A stretch of DNA of 64,000 nt from NCBI GenBank assembly GCA_036785375.1, contig JAWMAR010000193.1, positions 4,092,001-4,156,000 of the forward strand. The letters run 5' to 3'. Below the pieces are notes generated by a model. That model searched no databases and was not told where the DNA came from. It worked only from the letters and a program-made list of their open reading frames with translations. This document shows positions 13,501-26,440 of this stretch, one piece after another. Each line of letters starts with the position of its first letter. The stretch's first letter is position 1. The DNA comes from Leucoraja ocellata (lineage: Eukaryota). The position numbers were made by a program, and so were the translations under genes.

Positions 13501-14360
13501 GCAAATGCAATGCAAAAACTGCTGTTTCATCACAGCGAGCAAACTGGTGGGGTGTCACTTAAACAAACTTTTTTTTAAAAGATCGAGGAATAGGTGGGCA
13601 GGGTTAATATTTGTATTGGGGCCAGAAGTAAAGGAAAATTAAAAATGCGTATCAGTTGGCTGTCACGTGCTGATCTCTCTTTTCCCTTTTTTTTCCTCTC
13701 ACTCTCTTCGCAGTGACATCTGCTATCAGGCTAAGCAGGTGTTCCTGTGTAAACGAACGTGGCCTGTTTGTGTTTCACTGTACTTGCAACTGCACAGTCA
13801 AATGAGCAGTGTGATTAAGAATCCTGTAAATTTTTGAAAAGGGACGGATGGCTGCCCTACTAGAACCTAATTACAAAGCTCGAACATCCGCGGCTCGGTG
13901 CTATCACTGCAGCGGCGAACAGCAGAAATTAATAATATATAATGGCATCATTCTTGCAATTTATAAATGAAGTAGAGTGGGGGAGGATTCTGCTGATGTG
14001 CCGTTTCGTGTTAATTTTGCAAGATTGAATGGAAATTGGAATTTTAGTGAGGTGAAACCTCGCTGACATACTCCTGCAAGTTGCGAACATGGGATTAACA
14101 CTGTGTCCTAAATGTAATGTACCTATAATTTGAACCTTGTTTTGTAGTTAAACCTGGTTTGAAGACTGCAATGGGACAGTTGAACAGGTGAACCATCCCC
14201 TCCTTGCTGTAGCCTTCTGCGATAGACATTACTAACAGTCGTGTTAAACTTTTTTCGGTGAGTTGAGACACTTATATGGAACATGGTTTCTCTAAGCCTA
14301 CGACAGGCAATCCTGCCTGTCTCAACGTACAAATGACATGGGTAGAATGGAGAAACGTAG

Positions 14361-14489
14361 AAACAAGGAACTGCAGATGCTGGTTTATAAAAGATAAGAC
14401 ACCAAGTGCTGGAGTAACTCAGCTGGTCAGGCAGCATCCCTGGATAACATGGAAGAATGACATTTTGGACCAGGACCCTTCCTGAGACT
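14361..14489 (-). mobile_element. Penelope pLTR fragment
   Basis: aaggaactgcagatgctgg...gctggagtaactcagctggtcaggcagcatc...gacccttcctgagact. Confidence 0.8.
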
Positions 14490-15228
14490 TGTTTAGTTTG
14501 ACTGAATCAGGGTGTAAAAGCATCACCATAGGTTCTTGTACCATCAATAAGAATTAGTAAACAAGTAATTTTTTTTTATTATTACCCTTTGTAATTGGGT
14601 GTTTACTTATATCACATGAAGAACTACAAACTGCAGGAACAATTAATTATGATTTTCTTTTCATAAATTCTGCAGTGATATGTATCCTTTGAATGGATAC
14701 ATCTCGGCAATTTTACGTTAACAGAAGCAAAGACTGTTTAAAATACTTTGAAGATCTGAGCCATCCAGATGTTGTAAACTGTACCAACGTAGGAGATGAT
14801 CTCAAACTGCTGATTGTGTAACTGACTTGCACCTCACACAGACCGTCTTTTATTATAAATGACAATTACAGCTATTTTTTTCTAAACTTCAAATTGTAGT
14901 CTTCCAAAGAGAGCAAACACCCAGAGCCTGTCACAGATGTTTGACTGGACAATGCCAGTTGTTATTGCTGCGTTTATTCTGGTGGTGTCCTGTCACCGGG
15001 AAAAGGGGAGAGACTCATGCACCTCAAGCTATCTCACACCGGCCAGTTTACTGCACAGTTTGTACAGCTTTTTCACAATAGTTGGTGACATAGTTTGGCA
15101 AGTATTTGAAACAATAATCAGGCTTATTAGTTGAGGTAATTTTGTGAATGAGCGTGATTGTTGACAGCAAAATGGAGATCTGGGCTGAAGTATTAAGTAT
15201 TAAGAATTGCAGATTGATCAGTACAGGT

Positions 15229-15356
15229 GTCATAGGTTATGGGGAGAAGGCGGGAGAATGGGGTTAGGAGGGAGAGATAGATCAGCCATAATTGAATAGT
15301 GGAATAGACTTGATGGGCCGAATGGCCTAATTCTACTCCTATTCCTTATGACTTTA
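15229..15356 (+). mobile_element. CR1 LINE extreme 3' end
   Basis: ggttatggggagaaggcgggagaatgggg...gatcagccataattgaat...gggccgaatggcctaattctactcctatt. Confidence 0.85.
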
Positions 15357-16367
15357 TGCACGCAAATACACAAGACTTGTGAGCAGCACAAACTCTTGAA
15401 AAAAGAGCATACTTACTATGTGTGATTTATAAATGTACACCCACTCATGGTGGGTATTAAGAACTGTTATTGCCACCTATTAGCAAATGCTCATGCCACA
15501 GTATGCACATATACTGTGGCAAAAATCTTTTTGTCGTTTTCTGCAACTTAGTTCATGTGAATTTGTGATTAGATTCTTTCAGAGGTTCGGAGTGACATAA
15601 ACGCATAATCCAGTTGGAAGTCACAGCAGATGTTGAGCCTGTGCCCTGTCACGCCACGTCTGTGTTTCACAATACAACATCATGCTCATTGTTACTCTTC
15701 TCTCTCCCCACCCAACCCATGACCCTTGACCTGCCATCTTGAATTTAATTGCTCTATTAAAGTTGGAAATGAAACATCATTCAAAACCAAAATAAAAACG
15801 TAAAATAAACTTTAAAAATATTCCATCAGGTATCAATTTGCTAAACATTCAACTAAGAATCAGTAAACTTTGTAGTCTGAATGATAACTTTACAGTATAA
15901 AGCAACCTCTTTAGCCACTGTAAAGTATTCACTTTCTGTGCTATTGATTTGAGAGGCACATATTGAAGGGTGTGAAGTTAAGGGATCACACTCTTTTGCT
16001 TACTTTTGAATTACCTCTATTTAAAGTTTCATTGATATTGCTTACAAAAACAAGTAAGATATTACATTAATCTCACACTTTCTGAAACCTTGAGATATCC
16101 CCAATTTCATCCTTACTGTAGAAGTTGTCGTTCTAGTGAATTAGTGCACAATAATATGCTACAAATAGCTTTGGATAAGTGGTCAGGCTACTGCCACTTG
16201 TCATTACTGTATAATTTAGTGATGGGAAATATTGTGCAGGGATCCATTTCTGCATAGGCTTTTGACTAATCCCTACTGGGGTCGTCCTATATGGAAACAG
16301 TGAGGGTAACTGTGGTGCGGTGAAGACTGAGGTGAAAAGGGTAGGAAGTTAATACCTGGATCCTGCC

Positions 16368-16459
16368 ATCAGCCATGATCATATTGAATGGTGGTGCAGG
16401 CTCGAAGGGCCGAATGGCCTACTCCTGCACCTATTTTCTATGTTTTACTATGTTTCTAT
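16368..16459 (+). mobile_element. CR1 LINE extreme 3' end
   Basis: atcagccatgatcatattgaatggtggtgcaggctcgaagggccgaatggcctactcctgcacctattttctatg; reverse complement of the tail at 23409. Confidence 0.88.
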
Positions 16460-16567
16460 AGGGGAGTGCTGAGCATAGATTACAATATCTGTTAATTTTT
16501 CCCGTCCACAAAAAGAAGATACAAACTGTGCAGTAGAAAAGAATTGTGAAAATAATATTGGTCCATG

Positions 16568-16595
16568 TTCAGATTCAGATTCAGATTCAGATTCA
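16568..16595. repeat. (TTCAGA)n tandem repeat
   Basis: About 4.7 copies; may be a retroposon tail remnant. Confidence 0.9.
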
Positions 16596-16829
16596 ACTGT
16601 GTCATCATATAAGGCTGCATATACTTTTAAATAATTGTACTCCATATCAAATTGTATAATTGAATTTGAATGGCCAGTGCCAAACCTTTAACATATCGAG
16701 TAGCATACTTAGTGAATGCCTTTCACTGAACTTCTCATTCAGTTTGGTGTTGCAATAATTCCAATTCAATGTCCAAAGCACAGACATTGTGGGCGGAAGG
16801 GCCTCTTCCTGTGTTGTACTGTTCTATCT

Positions 16830-17193
16830 TCCAGAGACTGGAGCACGAGATTCTAGGCTCTAATGTGGTATTGGATGACTGCTACATTGTTGGAAGTTTG
16901 GCACCTTGCTATCTTTCAGTTGCTAAAACAAGGTTCTGTCCACTTTTTAGAGATGGCTTAAAAAATCCCATAATGTTGTGTCTGAGAAGTGCAGTGGATA
17001 TCTGTACAGTACCTTCCCAACTACACCATTGACCAACATCATTATGACAGATGATAACATTGCTTTTCATAGGAAGGGACCGTGCGTAAATTGGCTCTTA
17101 CATTTCCTATATTATGACAGCGACTCTAGTTTGAAAGTATTTCATAGGTTTTGAGATGTCAAGAAGATGGGGAAGGTGCTATACAAATGCAGG
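16830..17193 (+). mobile_element. Deu-domain SINE (SacSINE1-like), diverged
   Basis: ccagagactggagcac...aaattggct...tttcctatatt...aagtatttcat...aaggtgctatacaaatgcag matches the body and tail of other copies (26729, 39981, 49935). Confidence 0.7.
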
Positions 17194-17600
17194 CTATTTA
17201 CCATCATATTAGACCAAATTATTCGTTCTTGGTACAGTGCCTATCCTTGAATGTGGTATTGCTGTCTTTTTTTTTTTAACAAAAGTAGCTTTGTAAAGGA
17301 TGTGCCTTTTTTCTGATGATAACAGTGTAAAAATAACATGGATGTGTCAAACGAATTTTACAGATATTTGCATTGTAAGTAACTGTTCATTACATTACTC
17401 GTCTCCAGAACTTAGCAGATAGTGTTTCCTGGAGTTGGCGGGTGGCGGGGAAGGGTGGGTGGAAGGGGACACATGTCAGAATGTCCAGGAATAGATTGAC
17501 GTGTTCCAGTTTAGAAAACATTGACACCATAATGGCCGTTGGTGTATGGTGTAGTTAATCTTCCTTGCAGCAATTTAACACACCTTTGAAAACGGGCAAA

Positions 17601-17684
17601 ATAGATACAAAGTGCTGGAGTAACTCAGCAGGTCAGGCAGCATCTCTGGAGAACATGGATAAGTGACGTTCTGGGTCAAGACCC
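17601..17684 (-). mobile_element. Penelope pLTR fragment
   Basis: aaagtgctggagtaactcagcaggtcaggcagcatctctggagaacatggat...gacgttctgggtcaagaccc. Confidence 0.8.
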
Positions 17685-17854
17685 GTGAAAACGGAAATTG
17701 TCTTCTTTGCCGCCACCATTGCCCACTTTGCTACAGATTTGGCTTCCAGTACTAAGGGCATCTACACCACAGCCATGGGCAAAGCCTACACCATTAAGGG
17801 CACTGGCTTCTCCACTGTTGGAGCCATCTCTGTTTCTCAGCTGATCAGTGTGAA

Positions 17855-18070
17855 CCACTGTGCCTTTGTTAAGGGTAGGCCATGCCTGAGGAACTTGACT
17901 GAAGTGTTGGATAGATAAATATCTTTAGACGATATTTGCATCAACTTCCAGAATAAATTATCATCTAGAGTAGTAGTTCTTGCATATCGTTGACATGGTT
18001 GGACAACGATCTGTGCCGGGAGATGGCGAGTGGGGATAGCGGGCAGGTGCACAAGCTGGCAGTTAGCAAT
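17855..18070 (+). mobile_element. degenerate CR1 RT fragment
   Basis: Translation HCAFVKGRPCLRNLTEV resembles the CR1 RT motif HGFxKGRSCLTNL. Confidence 0.6.
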
Positions 18071-18971
18071 GGGCTGATTTTTTTACCAATTTGAGTGGGA
18101 AAAAATCACACTCAGGAATGCTGACTGAAAATTAGTGCCTGACGTTGTCAAGGATCAAGAAAAACTTCTATGTGCAAAGGGTATTAGTACTGTTAGGCTT
18201 GCTCACACAAATGACAATTCTTGGTCAATTCTGAATTTAAAATTGAAATAAATACATTTGTCTTGACCAAATATATTCTGAAGTACCGGGAACATGGAGA
18301 AAGGGTCATGGCGCCACTGAAGGGAATAAAAGCTCAGTGGTGTATGTGACCTACTCCTATTCCTCTTCTTCCTACATCCCAACATGGGTACTGCCTGATC
18401 CATTAGGGGACTTTTAGGTTTCTTTTTAAATTGAAGTGTTAAGTATCAAAGAGTATCCTTACAACATCATAACTGGGCCTTACATTTACACGAAGAATGA
18501 GATTAACACACCATAAAGTGTTGTCTCGTGATCAACCATAACCTTGTTTCTCTCCTGTGCTTTTTTAGTCCACATGGTTGGCTGACAATTTACACCAGTG
18601 ATACAGGTCACATCATTCTGTGGTTTGGGAAGTTTTAAGAGTTGGAGTGCCCTTGGGGCTGAACCAGAAGTTTTGTAGAGGAATATCAATAGGCCAGTGC
18701 TTTCTACCACTGCTAGGTGATGCTTGTACTGTGGCAAGGGAATGGAATTGTTGCACTGTCATTGGAAATCACTACTTTTCTGATAACAGGGGTTCCTACT
18801 TTGTGATGATGTTTGGTACCAGTGATCCTGAGAACCATAAAACCGATGCATGGTAGTGACACAATCTGGTCCCATTCATTGAAGGGCGATTCTGCTGGAA
18901 TTTAGAGGGCTTGTAAGGCAAATCAAATCAGCTTTGCCTAGACAAGCGAATGTCACAACATTTTCTCTCTT

Positions 18972-19225
18972 NNNNNNNNNNNNNNNNNNNNNNNNNNNNN
19001 NNNNNNNNNNNNNNNNNNNNNNNNNNNNNNNNNNNNNNNNNNNNNNNNNNNNNNNNNNNNNNNNNNNNNNNNNNNNNNNNNNNNNNNNNNNNNNNNNNNN
19101 NNNNNNNNNNNNNNNNNNNNNNNNNNNNNNNNNNNNNNNNNNNNNNNNNNNNNNNNNNNNNNNNNNNNNNNNNNNNNNNNNNNNNNNNNNNNNNNNNNNN
19201 NNNNNNNNNNNNNNNNNNNNNNNNN
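18972..19225. other. assembly gap (N run)
   Basis: 254 N; CT-rich flanks suggest a collapsed microsatellite. Confidence 0.99.
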
Positions 19226-19739
19226 TCTGTGTCTCTTTCTCAAATTTATGGAAAGAATTGCAAACCAGTGATGCTTTTGAATAAAAGGAAACTATCATTT
19301 TTGGAATAGATAGTTCCACTTTAAAATAAGACTTGTCGCTCATGGTCTCTGATGCTGCCACCTCCGGCATCTGTTTGAGCTGCCTTGCCAAAAGGTGTTG
19401 GATCTGTGCAAGATTATTGGAGTGGGGTGTTAGTGGGGGTGGGTCGGGGAAGAGGGGGGGAGGGAATCAAAACAACACGAAAATAAAGGGCGAGAGTAAA
19501 ACATCATTGTTGCATTGGAGACAGGGGTAGCTTTAGTGGTCTTGGATCCCTTTCATCATTGGGGAAAATTATACACTCCCTTACGGATACGCGATAATTA
19601 TACATTTCTGTACAGAGGAACTTGACTATGCTCCAGAAATGTGACAGAAAGATGCCCAGGCACCGAGCAGAACGCATTTTTAGGGGGGGAGGTGGGGGAG
19701 GGGAAGAAAGCCTTGTAACAGTCAGGAGGTGAAAGGGGA

Positions 19740-20200
19740 GGATCAACTGGCTATTGTGCTGAGTTTTGAGTTTGCATTATTCCTCATTTACCTCGTTGGG
19801 CGCAGTGATATGATTTGCGCAATGCAAGGTCGCAACATGTTACTTGAGACGACAATTTGCTGATTCAAGCGGGCGATTGTGTCTGGTGCCAGTCAGTCGC
19901 AATTAGGAAAGGCATTGGGGAGGCCCGGCGTAGCTGCAATGTCCTGGGCCCAGATGCATAGAAATCAGCTCACCTGAAACTAATTGTCACAACAGAGTCC
20001 TTATGCAAATGAGCCCCGGGGTTAGCGTGGGAAAAGGAAAACTGTCGCAAAGATAGGTGACCTGCTGGGCAGGGGTCCGTTGAGGGAAATTCTTTGTTTG
20101 AGAGTAAAATTGTTATCCTTTGTTTAAATCCGGGAGCAATAAAAGGAAAAGGGAAAGTATCGCGCAGAAAATCCAACAAGGCTAGTCTATTTGCATTGCT
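19740..20200. promoter_or_regulatory. putative enhancer / conserved non-coding element
   Basis: Repeat-free and CpG-retaining. Octamers ATGCAAAT 20003-20010 and ATTTGCAT 20189-20196, SOX-like CTATTGT 19751-19757, TTGCGCAA 19815-19822, TAATTG 19981-19986. Confidence 0.45.
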
Positions 20201-20859
20201 CACAACTTGTGCATCAGATCCAAAGCAAAAATGCAGTGAACTTTACTTTTTACTTTTTTCTCTTTCTTGTGTGGCAAAAAAACAATAACAAACGAACTAT
20301 TATCTTTCAAGATATTTTACCAGCTCTTTGTTCTTACTGAGAGACTCCCACCGCCCACCCCCATTTCCAACCCAACCCCCACCCCTCGCCCTGGCCCTAG
20401 GAAAGTATTTACTTCCAAAAGCAAAATAGATTTTCTAAGCTGCCTTTCAAACGTGTTAGACCATAGTTGTTTTTTTTATATAATGCACCTCGGCCTTAAA
20501 AAAAAGTATTTTTAGCACAATGTCACATTGTTAAATAAAGAATGTGGTGGGGTAAATTATCCATTTCTTCAGAAAGTTGAGAACAGCCAAACATGGGATT
20601 GTTTGTGAGATTGTCCTCTTTGGAAATTATAATATATTGGTGAACAAGTTCAAGGAGTTTGGATGAAATGAAGGTTCTACATAAAAAACTGCTCAGATTT
20701 TATACACTCTGTCAGCTATCTCTTCCAAGTGTTGATTTACATGCTGTTTTTTTCTCTCCCAGAGTCTGGGCAGCAAGCAGGTGTTTCAGTAGGTTTAGCT
20801 TGCCACAGCTTGTGTGTTTGTAGAGTATAATCAGCAAATTCAACAGCAGATTTTGTGAC

Positions 20860-21320
20860 TGTGTGCTGCACATGTGCGTTTGTAAGTGTGTTCATAAGTC
20901 TTCTCTGATGTAGCACGTTTTCTAGTGTGTATGTTTGTCAGCATGTGTTTCTGTATGTCTGTTTCTGTAGGTGCATGTATATCTTGTATACATTGTATGT
21001 CTATATGTTTGCATGTACTTACAAATGTTTGTTTTTGTGTGTATGCCTGCATTTGATTATCATGTTTCTATATGCATCTGTGTACCTGTGATTTAGATGC
21101 CCGCAAGAGTGTGCGTTTGAGTTTGTGTGTGCACGCATGTGCGTGTGTGCATGTATGTGTGTGCGTGCGAGTATCTGTGTCAGCGTGTGTCTGCACGGTT
21201 TGCTTATGCATATGTGTTTTTATGCAATATGTGGGTACATTTGCGTGTGCGCTTGTGTTTTTATCTTGAATTCATGTGTGGGGATTTGTATGTGTGGAAC
21301 TGTATGTGTTTCTGTGCCTT
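20860..21320. repeat. degenerate (TG)n/(TA)n alternating purine-pyrimidine tract
   Basis: Decayed TGTG/TATG/TGCG repeats; produces spurious C/V-rich ORFs. Confidence 0.85.
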
Positions 21321-23408
21321 TGTTTTGGTAGCCGGCAGGTTTTAGAAGATATCTAACAGCTGCTAGATGATAAATTCACACCTCAAAAGTTTTTTTTTGT
21401 CCCTAGTGTCAGGTGGGGAAAGGGGACAGTTGTGGATTGGAATCTTTCATCAAAGAGAAAGGGTAAAATAAAAGTGTGCAATGAAACCTACTGCTGACTG
21501 TATTACAGATTTGAATGCATTGCCATCTGTGGGTTGATCAAACATAATAATACCTCCTTGCATAAATTTGTATAATGTTTTCTCTGACTTTCATATAAGG
21601 GGTATGTTGGGAAATACTGTACGAAAGTAATTTCATTTGAAAAACTATGAAATGAGTACACAGGGAGCTGTGTCCCATATATGCAATAAATTAGACTGAA
21701 GCAGGGCTATGATATCAAATCTCCCTTGTCAGATTGTAGTTCACAAGTGACAGTCTGGCACCATTTGTAAACTGGATGGTGTTACCAGTGTCATCATTCC
21801 GGCTCGGTATCCCAAACAAGCACTGTTTTTCCTCCTCTTTCCCCTCACTCTCCCTCCCTCTTCATCTTCAATAATTTCAGCAAAATGAGCGCCTCTTCTG
21901 CAGCAGCGAAGAAGTGTTCTGCCGCCAACTCATCAAACTTTAATCGTAACTGCAGCTTAGTTTTTGAATAAAGAACACTTAAAAAATTTAGATGCAAATT
22001 ATTTTGTATTATTCATGCCCTTGGTGTCCTTGTAGATTTAAACACTTCTGAGGCCACCTTGATTCCAGTAATTACCTAGGCACTTGCTGCTCTGTCATGA
22101 ATAAGGTATTTCATACAAGCAAAGTACGTGCCCGATGAGCTTTTAAAGTCGCTTTACACTAAACCTGTGTATTGCTTGGTGTGCATGAGTGAATATAACA
22201 TGCATTGTGATCTGACTCAGGTGGTGCGAGGCTAGCTGTGCATCCAGGAGTGATGTGATGGGGACTGAGTGTCTTCCTGCACATGGTCCCTCCAATGCTG
22301 TAAAAAAATTAAGAGAAATAGTCAACACTTTCAGTCAGTCATGGCTACTACAGAGTGATGTAATTAATATTTAAACACTTTAATAATGTGGGATTTGCCA
22401 GTATTGTTTAACATATCACTAATTTTTTTTTAACATATATATGTATATATATTATATATAATCAAGACAAGAGTTTACCTTTTCCCTTCTTGAGCCAATC
22501 GTGTCATTTATCCTCATCGAAAATGCATTTCTCACTCTGGGTACAATTATGTAGTTTCCTGTTGCTGGTGGAAGGCAAGCTTCCAAATCTCAGAATTTTC
22601 AGTAATTACCTAATCCACACCTCAGTCTAATAAAAAAAAAGGTTTAAAAAATAAATAAGCAACGACAGGAAATGAGTTGAATGGAACAGATTGGAATTAT
22701 TTATTTGCATGTTAAAAAGCAACCCTTTTTGGTGAAGTAAGAAGTAGAATTGTGTTTCAGTCACAACACAGAAACAACATTTTAATACCTGTCCTTCTAA
22801 TTATACACACAGTGTGCTGTGCTGTACACTTTCTGCAGTTCTAATTTTCTTCTATAGATTCTTCCATTTATTTTTTTCAAACTAATGTCACAGTTTTATT
22901 ATTCTTTCCCTCCTACTGTCACTTTTACAAATTTATTTTACACAAACTGTTAATAGCTGTATACAGTTTAATTATTATTTTCTTACCACCCAGTCAGATC
23001 TAAGAGTTCACAGCTCTCTCTTAGCAAAAGGGATCTCCATAAAATGACAGAACAGTCCTGCACAGATGGAGTTTTCCTGTGATGCAAAATGGCTCAAGGA
23101 GTATGCCTACACATAAATGCGCCTTGAGAAGTGGGATGTCAAAACACCTGTTGATTGGAGTTGCCTAAGCTGTAGTATAACGTCTGTGCTGAATATCTCA
23201 TTGAGACCCAACTCTGTTACCTTCAATTGAGTTTTATTCTCACTTTTTTTTCTCTCCTCTGGACTGGAAGACTGGAAGTGCTGATTACAGGATGCCTTTG
23301 TAAATGCATGTCTTTTGTCAAATGAATTAGAAAGTACAATCGGAGGATGCGAAGAACCAGATACTCTTTATTCATTAGCAGTACACAATGAAGAAACCAA
23401 ACAATGAA

Positions 23409-23926
23409 ACATAGACATAGAAACATAGAAACATAGAAAATAGGTGCAGGAGTAGTCCATTCGGCCCTTCGAGCCTGCACCGCCATTCAATATGATCATG
23501 GCTGATCATCCAACTCAGTATCCTGTTCCTGCCTTCTCTCCATACCCCCTGATCCCTTTAGCCACAAGGGCCATATCTAACTCCCTCTTAAATATAGCCA
23601 ATGAACTGGCCTCAACTACCTTCTGCGGCAGAGAATTCCAGAGATTCACCACTCACTGTGTGAAAAAAGTTTTCCTCATCTCGGTCCTAAAAGATTTCTC
23701 CTTTATCCTTAAACTGTGACCCCTAGTTCTGGACTTCCCCAACATTGGGAACAATCTTCCTGCACCTAGCCTGCAACCCCTTAAGAATTTTGTACGTTTC
23801 TATAAGATCCCCCCTCAACCTAAATTCAAGCGAGTACAAACCGAGTCTATCCAGTCTTTCTTCATATGAAAGTCATGACATCCCAGGAATCAGTCTGGTG
23901 AACCTTCTCTGTACTCCCTCTATGAC
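23409..23926 (-). mobile_element. CR1 LINE 5'-truncated copy with TSD
   Basis: (CATAGAAA)n tail, CR1 3' UTR and ORF2 end; 13-bp flanking duplication accaaacaatgaa (23396-23408) / accaagcaatgaa (23927-23939). Confidence 0.92.
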
Positions 23927-23961
23927 ACCAAGCAATGAAGAACTCAATCCTGGTTACATTT

Positions 23962-24130
23962 TGTGTAGGAAGGAACTGCAGATGCTGGTTTAAACCGAAG
24001 ATAGACACAAAAAGCTGGAGTAACTCAGCGGGACAGGCAGCATCTCTGGAGAGAGGGAATGGGTGACTTTTTGGGTCGACCCGAAACGTCACCCATTCCT
24101 TCTCTCCAGAGATGCTGCCTGGCCCCTCTG
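23962..24130. mobile_element. Penelope pLTR fold-back (inverted pair)
   Basis: Arms are reverse complements around gggtc|gaccc (24073-24082). Confidence 0.85.
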
Positions 24131-24254
24131 ATTTTTACATATATCCTGTGGTATCACTAACTTTCATTTTGTTGCAGTCTTCATCAGTTACCACCACAGC
24201 ACAAAGTGGATTGAGAAAGTCCAAATAAATTAATTTTATGCAGAACATTATTTA

Positions 24255-24650
24255 GAGTCATAGAGTTATACAGGACAGAAACATGCCCTTTGGCCCACCT
24301 CCTCCATGCCAATTAAAATGTCTATCCAACTAAGTCCCATTTGCTTCTGTGTGAAAATATTGTCCATCAGGTCCTTTTTAAATCTCCCCTCTCGTATCTT
24401 AAATCTATCTCCTCTAGTTTTAAACTCCCCAATTCTTGGAAAAAGACTGACCGTCCACCTAACTACATCTCTTGCAAAGTTATATACTTCTATAAGATCA
24501 CCACTCAGACTCAAATGCTCCAGGGCGAACATCTCCCAGTCCATCCAGCCTTGCTTTATAATTCAGCCACTCCATTCCCAGTAACATCCTCATGAATCTT
24601 TTCAGCACTCTTCCCTGTTTAATGACATAATGACAACAGCATTTGATGTT
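24255..24650 (-). mobile_element. CR1 LINE 3' fragment
   Basis: ORF 24266..24544 LSGDLIEVYN...TRGDRFKIREGRFKKDL; agagtcatagag tail. Confidence 0.85.
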
Positions 24651-26229
24651 AACTATTTGCCACCATGAACTGGTTTTAAATCCAGAGATGGTCAAAAGAC
24701 TTTCAATCATTGCAGAGGTATTATGTGATGTACTCGTGATCGAGAGGACTTAAATCAAGTTATAGTTTGTCCGTGATTGAGAAGACCTAAAACAAGTTAC
24801 TGTATCTCAGTTTACTTGCTTTAAATTTGGTCTGTGGTGAAATGGTACTTGAGAGGTTAAATATGGCTCTTTCATCATACAAGCTCAAAATAGCTAAGAC
24901 TTGCTAATGCATAATATTTATAGCTTCCACCTGAGAATTGTATTAATGTTTGTTTAATACAGCTGCCTGCTCTGGAAATACCTGGAATATTAAGATTTGT
25001 AACTGAAGGCAATGAGGTGAATGGGAATGGATTGAAGCAGTTTATTTGGATGTAAAAATCTTGCATTTTTACTACCTGAGGTAGCATAATTCTTTGAGCA
25101 CAGTCTAAGCCGGACTTTAGCACCTGCCCTGCTGGTGGTATATCTGCATCCAGCATACCATTCACTAACAAATCTATGGTGTTAGACATATATGTGAACA
25201 ATAAACCATTAAGTATACACCCTATTTACATCATGAAATGAGTGAGACATAATCCGATGAAGTGAGACGATGTAAGAGATAGCAGCAGACTATAAAAAGG
25301 TTTGGTTTAGCCATCAGCTTGTTGCTCTGAAACATTGCAAAAATGATTCGCATTCAGTGAATTGCTTTGTTGTGATGTTGGCAAATGTGGCAGCCATTTT
25401 ACACACATTAGTGTCCTTGTTGCTGTTTGAAATAAGAGTGTTGACCAGAACACTGGGAGAACTGTGAACTTCTCCTCAGCTAATACCACAAATGTTCCCC
25501 GGAATAGATAATGAACCATCACTGATTGATGGAGAATGATGGAATAATGTGGCTTTTTTTTTAAGGATAGAGGATATGATGGCTATCTAATGACCTGGAG
25601 GAGGTTCCTTTCATTTAAGTGAAAAGCAAACCAAACATTTTGAGTCATAGATTGATCCAGCGTGTAAACAGGCACTTTGACCCAACTTGCCCTCACCGGC
25701 GCACAAATTAAACAATATTTTTGGGCCTATTCTATTCCTCAATGGGTTGATACAATAGGATACTCACTGCCGCTACCTATTCAGACCTAAACTGTAAATG
25801 GGCCTCAATTAAGTCAGGGATTAGAAATGGACATAGCAAAGGATGCGGCTAACTTTATGTAAGATCTATCTGTCTCTCATTGAGTTAAGCAAACTATAAT
25901 AGTGTACAGTCCACTTCCACTGGTTCCATGTAATGTAATTAATCTGGACAATTTGAATTGAATGCTTGCCTGCCGGTTCTAATGTGCAAATTGAATTGAA
26001 ATTGCCACCTATCCATCTGCCAAAGGTATAAAATAAAGCAATTGACCAGATCATCCTAAGCTAATAATTTCCTACACAGATAATGTTCAACTGAGGATCC
26101 AACAATGTTTATGAGATAAGAACCCTGGCGCAGTATGTTCAAAGTCCTAGAGCCAACTATGTAACATCAAAATCATTAATCACTTATTCAAGAAAATAAA
26201 TAAAAATAAGTAAGAAAACCAATCTGCAC

Positions 26230-26440
26230 TTTTTGACAACCAACAATGTTCCATTGTGGGCTCCATCTTTCCTTGGGTATCAATGCTGCTCCGAATTGTT
26301 GTGAACCTTTTCATACCTTTACTTTCCCTCTTCCTTGACTCTCAGTCTGAAGAAGGATCTCGACCCGAAACATCACATGTTCCTTTTCTCCAGGGGCGCT
26401 GCCTGGCCTGCTGAGTTACTCCAGCGTTTTGTGTCTATCT
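26230..26440 (+). mobile_element. Penelope 3' UTR/pLTR with hammerhead-like core
   Basis: ctcagtCTGAAGAaggatctcgacccGAAAcatc (26347-26374) followed by the pLTR body. Confidence 0.8.

Noticed and set aside
16448-16645. ORF with ESESESESE repeat
   Set aside because: It is the translation of the (TTCAGA)n microsatellite.
17685-17850. Protein-like stretch KTEIVFFAATIAHF...
   Set aside because: It sits between repeat fragments with no splice signals; more likely a decayed L2-type LINE remnant, too weak to call.
18876-19391. Longest ORFs (also 31649-32179 and 47020-47781)
   Set aside because: Their length is an artefact of translating through N gaps.
21072-21345. Cys/Val-rich ORFs
   Set aside because: They are translations of the degenerate TG repeat.
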